Translations under genes and position numbers: made by a program
In this document: positions 24,700 to 35,051 of the stretch, one piece after another
How the letters are laid out: each line of letters starts with the position of its first letter
Position numbering within the stretch: the first letter of the stretch is position 1
Virus record (IMG/VR): IMGVR_UViG_3300032212_000029
Location: 1 to 45,339 of that record
From: a virus
Lineage: Duplodnaviria; Caudoviricetes
Length of the DNA stretch: 45,339 nt
Reading direction: 5' to 3' (one strand)
The notes under the pieces: model-generated
Told to the model about the DNA's origin: nothing
Databases searched by the model: none
The model's input: only the letters and a program-made list of their open reading frames with translations

Positions 24700-27600
24700 T
24701 TTTGGCTTCCTGGAATCGCCGGTTGAATGCGCGGATGCGCTCGTAGAGTTTAGCTTCCTCGGCCTCCTTCTCGGGGCCGTCTTCCATCGCCTCGATTCGG
24801 TCCTGGGTGCGCTTGCGAATGCGCTCCAAGCGCTTGACCTCCGAGAGCAGCCCCGCCACCCCGCCGTGCTCCTCGCGCAGCTCCTGGGCGCGCTCGCGGT
24901 CCTCCGGCTCATCGGACTTCCCGTACTGCTCGATGAGGTCCGCGACGACCATCACCTCGTTCGAGTTCTCGTAGTACGACGAGTAGCCTTTGCGCGGGTA
25001 CTCCTGGGTGAAGAGCTGGCGCGAGAACGGGGCTCGCGCGAGGGCGTGCAGCGGGTCGCCTTCGAATAGGAGTCCGCCACCCTCGGCGGTGTTGTTGGCG
25101 AACCGCATCATGCCGCCGAACGCGGTCCCGAACAGGTGGCGCAGCGTGTCGGGGTGCAGGTCCACAGCGCCCGACTCCAAACGCGTGCCGCCCGTAGCCG
25201 AGTTCATCAACTCCGCCGCATCCTTCCAGATTTCGCCCGTGTGCTTGAAGCTCCGTTCCGAGTCCGGGAGCGGCGTGCGGTCGAAGGGCACGCCGCTTGG
25301 GTGAATGGGCATCCCGCGATAGTCCTCGTTCATCGCCACCTCGACCAGCGGATCGGTCACGGTGGGGCTGATGACGCGGAGCGCGGAAGCCGCTGAAATG
25401 TTGTGCGCGTCACCCACGGGCGAGAAGCTAGTGAGCGCCGAGGAGAGCGTGTTGCCCAGCCCCTCCAGCGGGGTCACCCCACCCTCTCCGGCAAGACCGC
25501 GACCCGCCGCCGAGGCGTTGCGGCCCGCCGAGTAGAAGAACGAGAAGCCGTAGGGCAGCGGGATCGTGATGAACCCGCTTTCCCCGATGCCCGTATAGAG
25601 CATAAGGTAGCGATCCTTCTTCCACTCGGGCACCGCGTCCCACCTGTTCTCACCGTCCTCGTCGTCACCAGCGAGCATGTAGTTCAAGGGGTCGAGCAGC
25701 ATCCCGAACGCCGCGATGGAACCCGCGATCTTGCGCCCACGCTTCGTGCGCATCGAGGAGGCGAGCACGCGCGCCGAGCCCTGGACGCTGGCGTTGGCGA
25801 ACATGTAGAGCGCCGAGAGCGTCGTGTTCTCGCCTTTCGTGTTGAAGTCGATGGTCAGCGTCTTGGAGAGTTCGGCAGCCTCCGAGTCCGACATGTTCAA
25901 CTCCTCGACCGCGTACTTGAAGGCCGAGAGGCGCACGCCGTTCTCCACCGCTTCGTTCCAGCCGTCTATGACCTCCTTCACCTTCATCGCGTAATCGAGG
26001 CCAGCGCGCACGCCGGACTTCTCGCCCACGTCCTCGCGGATGGTGCGCTCTAGGTCGGCTTGGATCTCCTCCAAGCTCTTCGCGTGAAAGAACCCCGTCT
26101 TGCCGCCCGCGTCCTTGAGGCGGTCCCACCACGAAGACCAGTCGGACTCCTTGCCCGTCTCGGTGCGTCGGATGCCGAGCGCCGCACTCGGGGCCTGCTT
26201 CACGACCGCCTTCGCAACCTTCCAGCCCTTGTCCTCGCCGAGCACGATGCCCGCCGTCTCCAGGTCGCGCACGAAGTTGGTGAACACAAACTCGGGGTTC
26301 ATGCTCGTGTTGATCGCGGAGAAGTAGCGGGTGACCGGGCGCAGCGCCTTCACAATCGGGCCGACCTTGTTCAAGTCGCCGCCACGCATCGCCCGAGCGA
26401 GGCCCGTCGCCTTCGGCCCGAACACGAGCGCCTTACCTTTGCCGTCCTCGTAGTAGGGGATGTAGTTGTCCTGCCAGTCGCGGCGCGTCTCCCACAGCTC
26501 GCGCATCACGCCGTTCTCATCGGCCTCGATCCGCACGGGCATGTCGTACACCTTCCAGAACGAGTCGTCCGGATAGGCGCGCACCAGCTTGACGAGGTTG
26601 TCGATCACCTCGCGCTTCTCGGCCTTGAAGATCGCCTCGTCCACGGCCTTGAGCGTGTTGAGCACCACGTTATCGGGCTCCGACTTGCGGCCCTTCGCGC
26701 GCTTGATTCCCGCGCCCGTCGAGGAGAAACCGCGAGGGTTGCGCCGTGTGACACTCCCGTCCTCGCGCTCAAGTTCGTGGACCAGCGGAACGTAGTGCTG
26801 GTAGCCCTGCTCTTCGATGGCCCTGTCCAGCGAGGGGCTCAACTCGCCAGCTTCGCGCAACGTCGAGAGCGCCCTCTCGGTCTGCTTGCGCAGGAACCGA
26901 TCCAGCCGCTTGTAGCGCGCCGCGTTCGGCCCCTTGAGCGCATCGTTCACGGCCTTCGTCGCAACACTGGACCGCATCCCCGAGCCGGGGTTCCGCTCCG
27001 GGTGCCACTCTGAGTCGTTCTTGTAGATGTAGTCGTTGCGCTCCCCAGCGTGGCGCGCGTACGCGAATCGGTGCGCCTCCTCCAGCGTCACCTTGCCGCC
27101 CAGGATGGACGAGAGTTGCTTGCCCGCGCTTTCCCGCTGCTTCTTGAGCGCTTCGTCTACGCGCCCGTAGTAGAGCCGCTGCGCACGGTCCGGGTTCATC
27201 CCGTCCGGGAGCTTCGCGCCGATGTCCTCCTCGATGATCTCCTGGACCTTGCGGACGGGGCGGAAGTAGTCCTGCCAGTAGCGGCGCGCCCGGTCCGTGA
27301 AGGTAAGCCCGCCCATGTCGATGGACAGGTCGGAGTCGGAGCCCGGCGCGGCAAAGCGGATGTCGGGGTCGGACGTGGGGCGGCGGTTCCAGACCGACTT
27401 GACTTGGTTGGGGCGGAAGGCAATAACGTGCTGCGTGTCCGGGGTTATGCCCTCCATCGGCTTTCCGAACTGGCGAGCCGCGCCGAACTTGGCGAAGACC
27501 GTGTTGTCCACGATGCCGTCAAAGCCCATGCGTTCCAGAGCGGAACGGATGATCTCGGATGACATCATCGCGCCACCATCGTCGTAGTCCTGCGCGTACT

Positions 27601-30600
27601 GGAGGCCGCTAGACTTCACGGACTCAACCAGATCCCTAAGCCTTGCGCCTTCAAAGTCCTCGAAAACGGACGCTTGCAGTTCCCCCAGGTCCACGTCGTC
27701 GTACATTGAGGCTTCGCTTCTCAGGGCTTCCCAAAACTCAAGAAGTGCCCCGGACTCCTCATCCGTCTCCGGGTCGTACTTCATGTCCAGGACCGTCTCG
27801 TCTGGGCCGCCGAGGATCGCCGGGTTCTCCAGCACCATGTAGACCCGCTTAGAGTGCGGCCTACCGCCGTGCAGTTCGCGGCGAGCCTCAGCCTCAACGT
27901 CTTCCGGGGTCACTTCGTAGTCTGGCTCAAACCCGAACGCGTCCGGCTCGTCGGCCATCGCGTCGGCCAACTCATCAATGCGGCGCTCGATGCGATTGGT
28001 TAGGTCGGGACCATCACCCGCGTAGTTCGCGCGAACGTCCTCGCGGGACGATGACGCGTAGATTCCGCGCCCCATGTCGTTCTCGGGGTTGAATCGCTCC
28101 GGGTCAAATGCGGTTACTCGGTGCGTCGTGCCTATCCAGTATTCACGGGGCATCCCGGTGGATTCCTTGAGGGCCGGGTGCATCCGATCCACCATCGCCC
28201 TCCACTCCGGTGTATCCCACGCGGGAGCTGCGGCGAAGCGAATGTCGGGGGCATCCGTCGGGCGCTGGTTCCACGCGCTTTGGATGATCGAGGGGTTGGC
28301 GACGTAGACCGTGACGGGGCGGTCGAAGTCGGCCCGGCTCGGGGAGTCCACAACGTTGCGGACGATGGCGACCTCGGCGGTCGGGTGGCGGTCAAGCCGC
28401 GCCTCGACGCGCTGCATCACCTCGTCCCAGTTCTTCCCCTTCGCGTCAGCCGTGATAGCCTTCTCTGCCGCGAGGATGAGGGGATAGACCTGCGCGCCGA
28501 CGGGAGTAACCCCAGCCCAATACCGCTCCTCGAACCCGCCGTAAGCCGCGTTGAACGCCTCCTCGGCCTCAACGGCTCGGGGATCGCCTTCGCCGTACTC
28601 CTCAAGCAGGTCCTCGACGGCCTCCCACTGACGGTCAAGTGCCTCCTTCTCAGCTTCAAGCTCCGGCGTGGCGGCGTAGTCCGCCCGGTCTTCGGCGTAC
28701 AGGCCCGCGAGAAGCGGAGAGTCCGTGGCGAAGACGTGCCGCGTCGGTCCCTTACGCCCCGGCGGCGTGCTGTTCTTGGACGTGTCGTACGTCGTCCACG
28801 CCTCCCCTGAGCCGTGGTAGACGATGATCGGCAGCCCGTTCTCCTTGAGCTTCGGGTCCATGCCATCGACCATCGCCCGCCATTCGTCGGTGCCGGGGTC
28901 GGGGGCTACCGCCCACCGCTCGTCCCCGCGCTCGAACCGCTCGATGGCATCCTCGGCAGCGGTCATCGTGTCGTCGCGGCGGTAGGTGCGCTCGGGGCCC
29001 GTGCCCTCGGTCTTGCCCTGACGCTTGCGCTCCCGGTTGCGCTTCTGCTTGAGTCGCTTCCGCTGCTTCGGGGTCAACCTCTCGTCGATGTCGGGACGAG
29101 CGGGCGTGGCTCCGGTCTGGCCGCTCGGCAATGGCCGATCTGTGGCCGCGCTTGAATCGGCCTTCTCGCCACCTTGCGCCGTGGTTTTCGTGGGCGTTCG
29201 GCCATCGGCCGCACTTTCGGCCACAACCTCGGCCTCAATGGCCGCAACGTCCACGGACTCCGCGAGCGCCGCATCCTCCTCGGTCAGTTCCGGTACCGAA
29301 ACCTCGGTCTCGACCTCTTCCGCGAGGGTTTCGGTACGGCCAAGCGCCTCGACGCTGGGCACCTGCCTCACCGCCTCGCGCATAACGTCCGCGTCCGTGG
29401 ACTCCAGCACCGCCGCGATGTCCTTGGCCAGCGCAAGCACCTGCTCGGGGCTGCCCTCGCGCAGGATCGGGGCGCTCACCAGCTTGCGGATCGCCGCTTC
29501 GAGCTTCTTCTTCTGGGTCGGCTTGATGTCGATGCGGGGGAGCTTGCTCAGCAGCGCCGCGAAGAAGTCGCGCAGCCGCTCAAGGATCGTGCGGTCACCC
29601 ACCGTGATCTCGCGCTCGCCGCCGATGATGTCCTCGACGAGAGCCCGCGTGTTCTGCGCCGCCCACGCGAACCCCTCCTCCAGAAGCAGCGCGTCACGCT
29701 TCGGCCCCTCGGGCACCCCCGCGAACGGCTGGCGACCATGCGCCCGCTCAAAGTCGCGCGCGTACGCCCCGGCCACGCGGGCCGCGAGTTCGGGGTACGA
29801 CTCCTGCGCCCGCCCAACCAATTCGGTGAACTGCTGGGTGCCCGCCGGGATCTTCGAGTGCAGGATCTCGTGCAGCCCGTAGTCGGCAAGCGCCTCGTCC
29901 ACGCGGTTCGCGTTCAAGACCACGTTCCCGCCGATGTAGAGGCCCGGCACGTCGGCTGCGCCCTCGGCGACCTCGCCGCTCACCAGCACGACGTTCGGCA
30001 TCGTCGTTCCCGTGGCCTCCCGGCCCAGCATCGAGACTAGGCCCGCAAGAGCTTCCTGGCCAGCCTCGGGGGCCGCGTCCGGTTCCAGAACCGTGACCTC
30101 GGGCTCCGCGATCCCCGCCGCCTCCGCGAACCGCTTACCCGCGTCTTCCACGGAGGCCGCCTCAGGGGCCTCCTCGCGCTCGAAGCCCTTAGCTGACTCC
30201 AGAGCCTCGCCTGCGGCCTCGCGCTCTCCAGGGGCCGCAGGGGCCGCTTGCGTGGACTCCGGTGCCTTTAGGGCCTCGACCTTGCGATTTTGGAGCACAT
30301 CCTGCCGCGTGAGCCCCAGCGTCGAGAGCCCGGTACCCACGATTCCGCCCAGTAGAGCGCCCCGGAGCGTGTCCGAAAGCAGCACTTCCAGTTCTTCGGG
30401 CTCCGCGTACTGGAGGAGATGCTGCGCAAGCGCCTTCTCGGAGAATGTCTGGAAGCCCTCCTGCCCCGCCTCCGTAAGCCCCTCGGTGCCCAGCGACACG
30501 AAGCCGCGCCGCATCATGTTCGAGATCAGCCCGCCGCCACGGGTGTCGATGTCCTCCAGCGCCTTGGCGGCGCGGGCGAACTGCCCCGTACCGCCGATGG

Positions 30601-31267
30601 TTAGGCCCTCGGTCGCGCCAATCGCGGCACCTCCAAGCAGCGCGCCCCACTTCTGGAGCGGGTCAGCACCGTGAGCCTCCGCGTCTCTGAACTGCGACTG
30701 CGCTTGAGTGATGGAGCCGAGCCGCATCGCGTGCCCGGTCATCGTCTTGCCCAGTGCGCCTTCAAGGCCACGCGCAACGGGGGCTACTCGGCTCGCACCC
30801 TGCCCCACAGCGCCCGCAAGCCGGGATGCTCCACCCATCGCCAAGCCGCCCGCCATGAATCCGGCAGCCGACCCGAAACCACCCGCGACCTCGGACCCGA
30901 AGCCCGGCTCTACTAGCCGCCGCCCATCCGACGCGAGCATGTGGCCCTCGCCGATTGCAGCGACCCCACGGATGCCCTCCGCTGCACCCCTCAGCGTCTC
31001 CGATCCGGTGAGGATGCCAGCAAGCTCGACGGGGGCCGCGCCGACCTCCAGGGCACCCTCGGTCATGGCGCGACTTGCGTTGTAGATGTTGGCGAGCGCC
31101 CGCTGCGGCATCGTCAAGTTCTCGCGCTCGACCTCAGCGGGCAGCGGCTTGGACTCGAACCCCATGCCTTCGAGCTTCTGCTTGAGCGCGGAGATGCCGC
31201 CGCTCGGCACCGTCGGTGCCTGCGTACCAGCGATCCGCTTCAGCTTGTCGAGGGGGGAGTCCTGCAT
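24692..31267 (-). CDS. 2191-aa large polyvalent/ejection protein: zincin HExxH, two ART-like modules, C-terminal LPD38-like domain
   Basis: HEILH...EE (29858-29872); VYHGS..FATDS and YWIGTT..IYASSS modules; C-terminal TIDFNTKG, LYMFANASVQG, IPLPYG and PLVEVAMNEDYRGMPI. Confidence 0.8.
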   Translation of the reverse strand: MQDSPLDKLKRIAGTQAPTVPSGGISALKQKLEGMGFESKPLPAEVERENLTMPQRALANIYNASRAMTEGALEVGAAPVELAGILTGSETLRGAAEGIRGVAAIGEGHMLASDGRRLVEPGFGSEVAGGFGSAAGFMAGGLAMGGASRLAGAVGQGASRVAPVARGLEGALGKTMTGHAMRLGSITQAQSQFRDAEAHGADPLQKWGALLGGAAIGATEGLTIGGTGQFARAAKALEDIDTRGGGLISNMMRRGFVSLGTEGLTEAGQEGFQTFSEKALAQHLLQYAEPEELEVLLSDTLRGALLGGIVGTGLSTLGLTRQDVLQNRKVEALKAPESTQAAPAAPGEREAAGEALESAKGFEREEAPEAASVEDAGKRFAEAAGIAEPEVTVLEPDAAPEAGQEALAGLVSMLGREATGTTMPNVVLVSGEVAEGAADVPGLYIGGNVVLNANRVDEALADYGLHEILHSKIPAGTQQFTELVGRAQESYPELAARVAGAYARDFERAHGRQPFAGVPEGPKRDALLLEEGFAWAAQNTRALVEDIIGGEREITVGDRTILERLRDFFAALLSKLPRIDIKPTQKKKLEAAIRKLVSAPILREGSPEQVLALAKDIAAVLESTDADVMREAVRQVPSVEALGRTETLAEEVETEVSVPELTEEDAALAESVDVAAIEAEVVAESAADGRTPTKTTAQGGEKADSSAATDRPLPSGQTGATPARPDIDERLTPKQRKRLKQKRNRERKRQGKTEGTGPERTYRRDDTMTAAEDAIERFERGDERWAVAPDPGTDEWRAMVDGMDPKLKENGLPIIVYHGSGEAWTTYDTSKNSTPPGRKGPTRHVFATDSPLLAGLYAEDRADYAATPELEAEKEALDRQWEAVEDLLEEYGEGDPRAVEAEEAFNAAYGGFEERYWAGVTPVGAQVYPLILAAEKAITADAKGKNWDEVMQRVEARLDRHPTAEVAIVRNVVDSPSRADFDRPVTVYVANPSIIQSAWNQRPTDAPDIRFAAAPAWDTPEWRAMVDRMHPALKESTGMPREYWIGTTHRVTAFDPERFNPENDMGRGIYASSSREDVRANYAGDGPDLTNRIERRIDELADAMADEPDAFGFEPDYEVTPEDVEAEARRELHGGRPHSKRVYMVLENPAILGGPDETVLDMKYDPETDEESGALLEFWEALRSEASMYDDVDLGELQASVFEDFEGARLRDLVESVKSSGLQYAQDYDDGGAMMSSEIIRSALERMGFDGIVDNTVFAKFGAARQFGKPMEGITPDTQHVIAFRPNQVKSVWNRRPTSDPDIRFAAPGSDSDLSIDMGGLTFTDRARRYWQDYFRPVRKVQEIIEEDIGAKLPDGMNPDRAQRLYYGRVDEALKKQRESAGKQLSSILGGKVTLEEAHRFAYARHAGERNDYIYKNDSEWHPERNPGSGMRSSVATKAVNDALKGPNAARYKRLDRFLRKQTERALSTLREAGELSPSLDRAIEEQGYQHYVPLVHELEREDGSVTRRNPRGFSSTGAGIKRAKGRKSEPDNVVLNTLKAVDEAIFKAEKREVIDNLVKLVRAYPDDSFWKVYDMPVRIEADENGVMRELWETRRDWQDNYIPYYEDGKGKALVFGPKATGLARAMRGGDLNKVGPIVKALRPVTRYFSAINTSMNPEFVFTNFVRDLETAGIVLGEDKGWKVAKAVVKQAPSAALGIRRTETGKESDWSSWWDRLKDAGGKTGFFHAKSLEEIQADLERTIREDVGEKSGVRAGLDYAMKVKEVIDGWNEAVENGVRLSAFKYAVEELNMSDSEAAELSKTLTIDFNTKGENTTLSALYMFANASVQGSARVLASSMRTKRGRKIAGSIAAFGMLLDPLNYMLAGDDEDGENRWDAVPEWKKDRYLMLYTGIGESGFITIPLPYGFSFFYSAGRNASAAGRGLAGEGGVTPLEGLGNTLSSALTSFSPVGDAHNISAASALRVISPTVTDPLVEVAMNEDYRGMPIHPSGVPFDRTPLPDSERSFKHTGEIWKDAAELMNSATGGTRLESGAVDLHPDTLRHLFGTAFGGMMRFANNTAEGGGLLFEGDPLHALARAPFSRQLFTQEYPRKGYSSYYENSNEVMVVADLIEQYGKSDEPEDRERAQELREEHGGVAGLLSEVKRLERIRKRTQDRIEAMEDGPEKEAEEAKLYERIRAFNRRFQEAKNE

Positions 31268-32734
31268 CTACGCGCCACCCCACGCCGCACCGCCGATGCC
31301 GTCGTTTACGGCGTCGTTGGCACGTTTACGCTTCGCGTCCCGCTCAGCCCTTTTGGGGGGCTCAGACTTCGCCTCCTCAGCCATCTCCAGGACGCGCAGG
31401 ACGCGGCCCGCGAGCAGTTGCGCAAAGGTCGGATCTTCCTCCCGAAGCGCCTCGATTCGCGCAGTCACCGCCTCCGTCCAGAGTTCCAGGTCGCTACCTT
31501 CACCCGAAAGATTCACGGTGCCATCGGGGAACAGCGTCCCCACCACCGACTGAATGACTTCGGCTGCGCGAGCGTCAATCTCCTCCGGGGTTTCCAGGCC
31601 GCCGAAGCTCACGGTGTCTATCATCGTCACCGCCTCGCGCTTCACCTCGTTGCGCTGGATCTCCTCGGGTGTCAGGTCCACCTTGCTGCGCTTACTCGCC
31701 GACTCGCCGCCACCGTCGCCCAGGTCGAGCACCTGCGAGCCCTCCTCGCCGCCTTGACCGCCGGGCAACTCCATCATCCGCTGGGCTGGGTAGCCCCCGG
31801 TCGCGCCCCGGTCGATCTGCCTGAGACGGTTGATCTTCTCGTCTGCTTCGAGGTCGTCGTCGTCCAGGATCACGCGACGCTGCGCCTCACGGGCATCAAG
31901 TTCCATGCGCTGCTCGTTCTGAAACTGCTCGTAAGCCCGCTTCTGCGCCGGGTTTAGCGCGTTCCGCACGCCCTCGATGTTCTCGCGCACCGCGTCGAAG
32001 TCGAAGTCGTCGAGCCCCATCCCAGCGGCAGCCTGCGCCGCCGCAAGTTCGTTGCGAAGCCGCCCCGCCTGCTGCGTCAGCCACGCGCTCTCCTCGGGAT
32101 CTTGCGACACCGCCGCGCGCTGCATGTAGCTCTCTACCGTCGATGACGCATCTTCAAGGTAGGTGTTCAGCGCGGTAGCCCGGCGCACCTCCCGGAGCTT
32201 CGCTTGCTTCGCCTCCGCGAGATCCTCGTACACGCTGGCCACATCGTCACCGGCACCAAGGCGCTCGGTGAAGTGCTGCACAACGTCGGGATCGAGGGCT
32301 CCGCTCGCGCTCGCGGCCTTGAGCGTGTTGTTCACGCTAGAGACCATGAGCTGACGGCTCACCTGATCGAGCTGCTCGCTAGCCGCTTGCCCATACGCCG
32401 CAATCGCACGCGGGTCGCGCATCCCCTGGATGCCCTGGGCGTAGGTCTCGGCGAGCATGTTGAGCTGCTCGCGCTCGGGGCTCGCCTGTGGACGCATGTA
32501 GTCCGGCGTCGCCCCCACCTCAAGGGGGCCCTGCGGCCTCTCCTCTTGGGGGATCTGCGCGTCCAGCGACTCGATCTTGGGCAGCACCGCCATGTTGGTG
32601 GCCTGCACCATGTCCGCTGCGAGCTGGTTGGCGATCTCCTCTTCGCGGCGGCGGGCCATGCCCTCGTCGTAGCCTTGGCTCGCGCCAGCCGCGAACTGCG
32701 CCGCCGGACCACCTGTGATGATTTGGATACCCAT
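31268..32734 (-). CDS. Putative internal virion/ejection protein
   Basis: Helical and A/E/Q-rich; position between the small ejection protein and the giant protein, as in podoviruses. Confidence 0.55.
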   Translation of the reverse strand: MGIQIITGGPAAQFAAGASQGYDEGMARRREEEIANQLAADMVQATNMAVLPKIESLDAQIPQEERPQGPLEVGATPDYMRPQASPEREQLNMLAETYAQGIQGMRDPRAIAAYGQAASEQLDQVSRQLMVSSVNNTLKAASASGALDPDVVQHFTERLGAGDDVASVYEDLAEAKQAKLREVRRATALNTYLEDASSTVESYMQRAAVSQDPEESAWLTQQAGRLRNELAAAQAAAGMGLDDFDFDAVRENIEGVRNALNPAQKRAYEQFQNEQRMELDAREAQRRVILDDDDLEADEKINRLRQIDRGATGGYPAQRMMELPGGQGGEEGSQVLDLGDGGGESASKRSKVDLTPEEIQRNEVKREAVTMIDTVSFGGLETPEEIDARAAEVIQSVVGTLFPDGTVNLSGEGSDLELWTEAVTARIEALREEDPTFAQLLAGRVLRVLEMAEEAKSEPPKRAERDAKRKRANDAVNDGIGGAAWGGA

Positions 32735-32737
32735 GCC

Positions 32738-33283
32738 TTAGAGGGAGAGCCCCCCCGACACGTAGGAGCCCGCGACCTTCCCGGCGATCTCCAGGAGTCC
32801 GGGGCCGCTGCTGCTGTATTGAGGTGTGATGCCGCTCGCCGTGTTCACCTTGTTCAGCGCCCAGTTGGCGATGTTCTGCGACCCAGCGAGATTCGACTGG
32901 GCCTGCCCAACGTCGAGCTGCGCCTGCTGCGCGCCCAACTGGCTGCCGAGTCCCGCGAGAGCCTGTTGCGTCTGGTACGCCACCTTTCCGGGGAGGCCCG
33001 CTGCGGCTGTGCCGCTAAGCCCCGAGTCGATAAGCGCCTGCTGCCCCTTGGCGAGAGCCTGCTCGCCTTGAGCGAGGATGTTCGTCGTGGCAACCTCTCC
33101 CTGCTTCGAGATATTGGCCTTCGCGCTCTCGTAGCCCTTGTCGATTCCGGCGAGTGCCTGCATCAGCAACCCCTCACCCAAAGAGGCCGCGCCGCCGAAC
33201 TGCTGCTTGAGCCACGCCGCGTTGATCTCGTTCTTCTTCTGCGCTTCACTCGCGCCGCCATCCAATAGGCTCTTCCAGTTCAT
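32738..33283 (-). CDS. Putative small ejection (pilot) protein
   Basis: G/A/Q-rich, amphipathic; SGLSGT motif; position. Confidence 0.55.
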   Translation of the reverse strand: MNWKSLLDGGASEAQKKNEINAAWLKQQFGGAASLGEGLLMQALAGIDKGYESAKANISKQGEVATTNILAQGEQALAKGQQALIDSGLSGTAAAGLPGKVAYQTQQALAGLGSQLGAQQAQLDVGQAQSNLAGSQNIANWALNKVNTASGITPQYSSSGPGLLEIAGKVAGSYVSGGLSL

Positions 33284-33528
33284 GCCTGCGCCTCTAGTGC
33301 TGCGACCTTAGCGGTCAGGGTGTCGATAGTCTGCTTGAGGGACGCGACCTCGGAAGCGGAGACAAGGCCCAAAGCCTCGACATCCACCTCCAGCGCGCCG
33401 ACCTTGTTGATGCGAAGACCGGCTCCGAGGTTGAGCTGGCTCCCGAACGGGTCGCCGCGCTCACGACGCTTGGAGTCAATCGGTCGCGCTCGGCCACCGA
33501 GGCCGCGAAGTGTGCCCTTGCTCTTCAT
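33280..33528 (-). CDS. Small putative virion protein
   Basis: Coupled ORF; GAGLRI..GALEVD and a coiled-coil end. Confidence 0.55.
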   Translation of the reverse strand: MKSKGTLRGLGGRARPIDSKRRERGDPFGSQLNLGAGLRINKVGALEVDVEALGLVSASEVASLKQTIDTLTAKVAALEAQA

Positions 33529-35051
33529 GCTCGGACCCTCCGGGATCCACGCGCCTCTAGATCAACGCCGACTTCCTCGACAGCGAAGCGCTCATTGTAC
33601 GCCCTGTTCCGCAGCTTCAACCACAGGAAGGCACCACGGCGACGCACCGACAGGCGCGGGTTCATGCCGGGCTCAAGCGAGCCCTGCGCCACCAACTTCG
33701 CGGTCGGGTTTGTCTCCAGGGAGTCCGGCGTGTCCGAAGCGTAGACTTCCCACGTGCAGCCATCTTGTTCTGCCGAGAGGATCGCGCGCATTCGGTTCAT
33801 CGAAACCTCTTGGTCGTCACCATCAGCGGCGCGAAGGGGGCCGATGGTTACAAACGCGTCGATGGCAACCTCGTCGTCGCTTGCCGCTAGAGAGTCCAGG
33901 TTCCGCACGAACCCGTCACGGCACCCAACGAGCAGCACGCGATCCGTCGGCAGGTCGCCGTCGCCAGCCCAAGCGGAGAGCGCGAGAAGGTCGCTGCTCC
34001 CCGGACGGTCCGGCCACCAAGCGTTCATCTTCTGCGACCAGAACCAAGAGCGCACGAGTTCCGTGCTCGTCTCGTCGTAGGCGATCTGGAACACACGGAG
34101 CCCCTCACGCAGATAGTCCCACTCAAGTTCCATGCGGTAGTCGTTGAGCGAGATCGACTCGAACGCGGACTGCACCGTCACGTCCTGGTCGCCCGTAGCG
34201 TCCGAGAGGGACTGCGGGAGTTGGCCGGGGCTCATGCGGTAGACCGCGCCTCGGTTGGAGAAGAAGTAGATTGTGCCGCTCGGGTCGCGCGCCCAACTGT
34301 TCCCGAACGCCATGCCAATGGTGTCCGAGATCAGGTCGATCTGCCCACCGTCGGCGGGGTCGCCGCGCATGAGCAAGATGGAGCTGCTGCACCCGAAGAT
34401 CAGGTAGTCGTCCTGCCCCGGAATGAGCGTCTGGATCAGGTCGCCCGTGAACCGCTCGATGGTGCTGTCGGCCACCGGCTGGGTCGCGGTGTTCACGGAA
34501 GGGAAATACTCCCAGTTGAACGGATCCCCAGACTCGCTCATGTACCAGCGTGGCCCCTCAGCGAGGACCATGCGGTCCCGGTAGCGCGTGGCAAGCCTGC
34601 ACTTCTCGGGCACCTCGCCGGCCGTCTTCGCCTCGAACGTCTCCAGGGTCGCCTTCTTCGGATCGTAGACCACTTGATCTACACCGTCGCCGATGAACAC
34701 CAGCCCCTCGACCTCTACGATCCAGTAGTAGGTCGCGTCCGCGTCGAGCTGCGGGTCCGTCGCGTCGTCGAACGCCACCCATCCCGTCGAGCCCTGCACG
34801 CGCACGATGCCGCCCGACACGCCGATCAGGGTGCGGAGCCGCGTCTGCCCGTTGGCCGCAACCGAGGCGCTGGCGATCCGGTACTTGTGGATGCTCTCCT
34901 GGAGAACCTCCGTGGTCTCGTTGTTCAGCGCTTCCGTCGCCACGTAGACGTATTCGGGGCGCGGATGCACTCCGAGCGCGAAGTCCACGGGGAGGCCCAC
35001 CGAAATCGAGTTCGATGCAGCCGCAGTCGAGAAGAGCGTTAGGAGCGTCAC
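33525..35051 (-). CDS. Tail nozzle / P22 gp10-like protein, C-terminal part
   Basis: PEKCRLATRYRDRMVLA, WYMSESGDPFNW, DYLIFGC..SI..MRGDP, IGMAFG.SW and RRRGAFLWLKLRN propeller and terminal motifs. Confidence 0.72.
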   Translation of the reverse strand: MTLLTLFSTAAASNSISVGLPVDFALGVHPRPEYVYVATEALNNETTEVLQESIHKYRIASASVAANGQTRLRTLIGVSGGIVRVQGSTGWVAFDDATDPQLDADATYYWIVEVEGLVFIGDGVDQVVYDPKKATLETFEAKTAGEVPEKCRLATRYRDRMVLAEGPRWYMSESGDPFNWEYFPSVNTATQPVADSTIERFTGDLIQTLIPGQDDYLIFGCSSSILLMRGDPADGGQIDLISDTIGMAFGNSWARDPSGTIYFFSNRGAVYRMSPGQLPQSLSDATGDQDVTVQSAFESISLNDYRMELEWDYLREGLRVFQIAYDETSTELVRSWFWSQKMNAWWPDRPGSSDLLALSAWAGDGDLPTDRVLLVGCRDGFVRNLDSLAASDDEVAIDAFVTIGPLRAADGDDQEVSMNRMRAILSAEQDGCTWEVYASDTPDSLETNPTAKLVAQGSLEPGMNPRLSVRRRGAFLWLKLRNRAYNERFAVEEVGVDLEARGSRRVRA

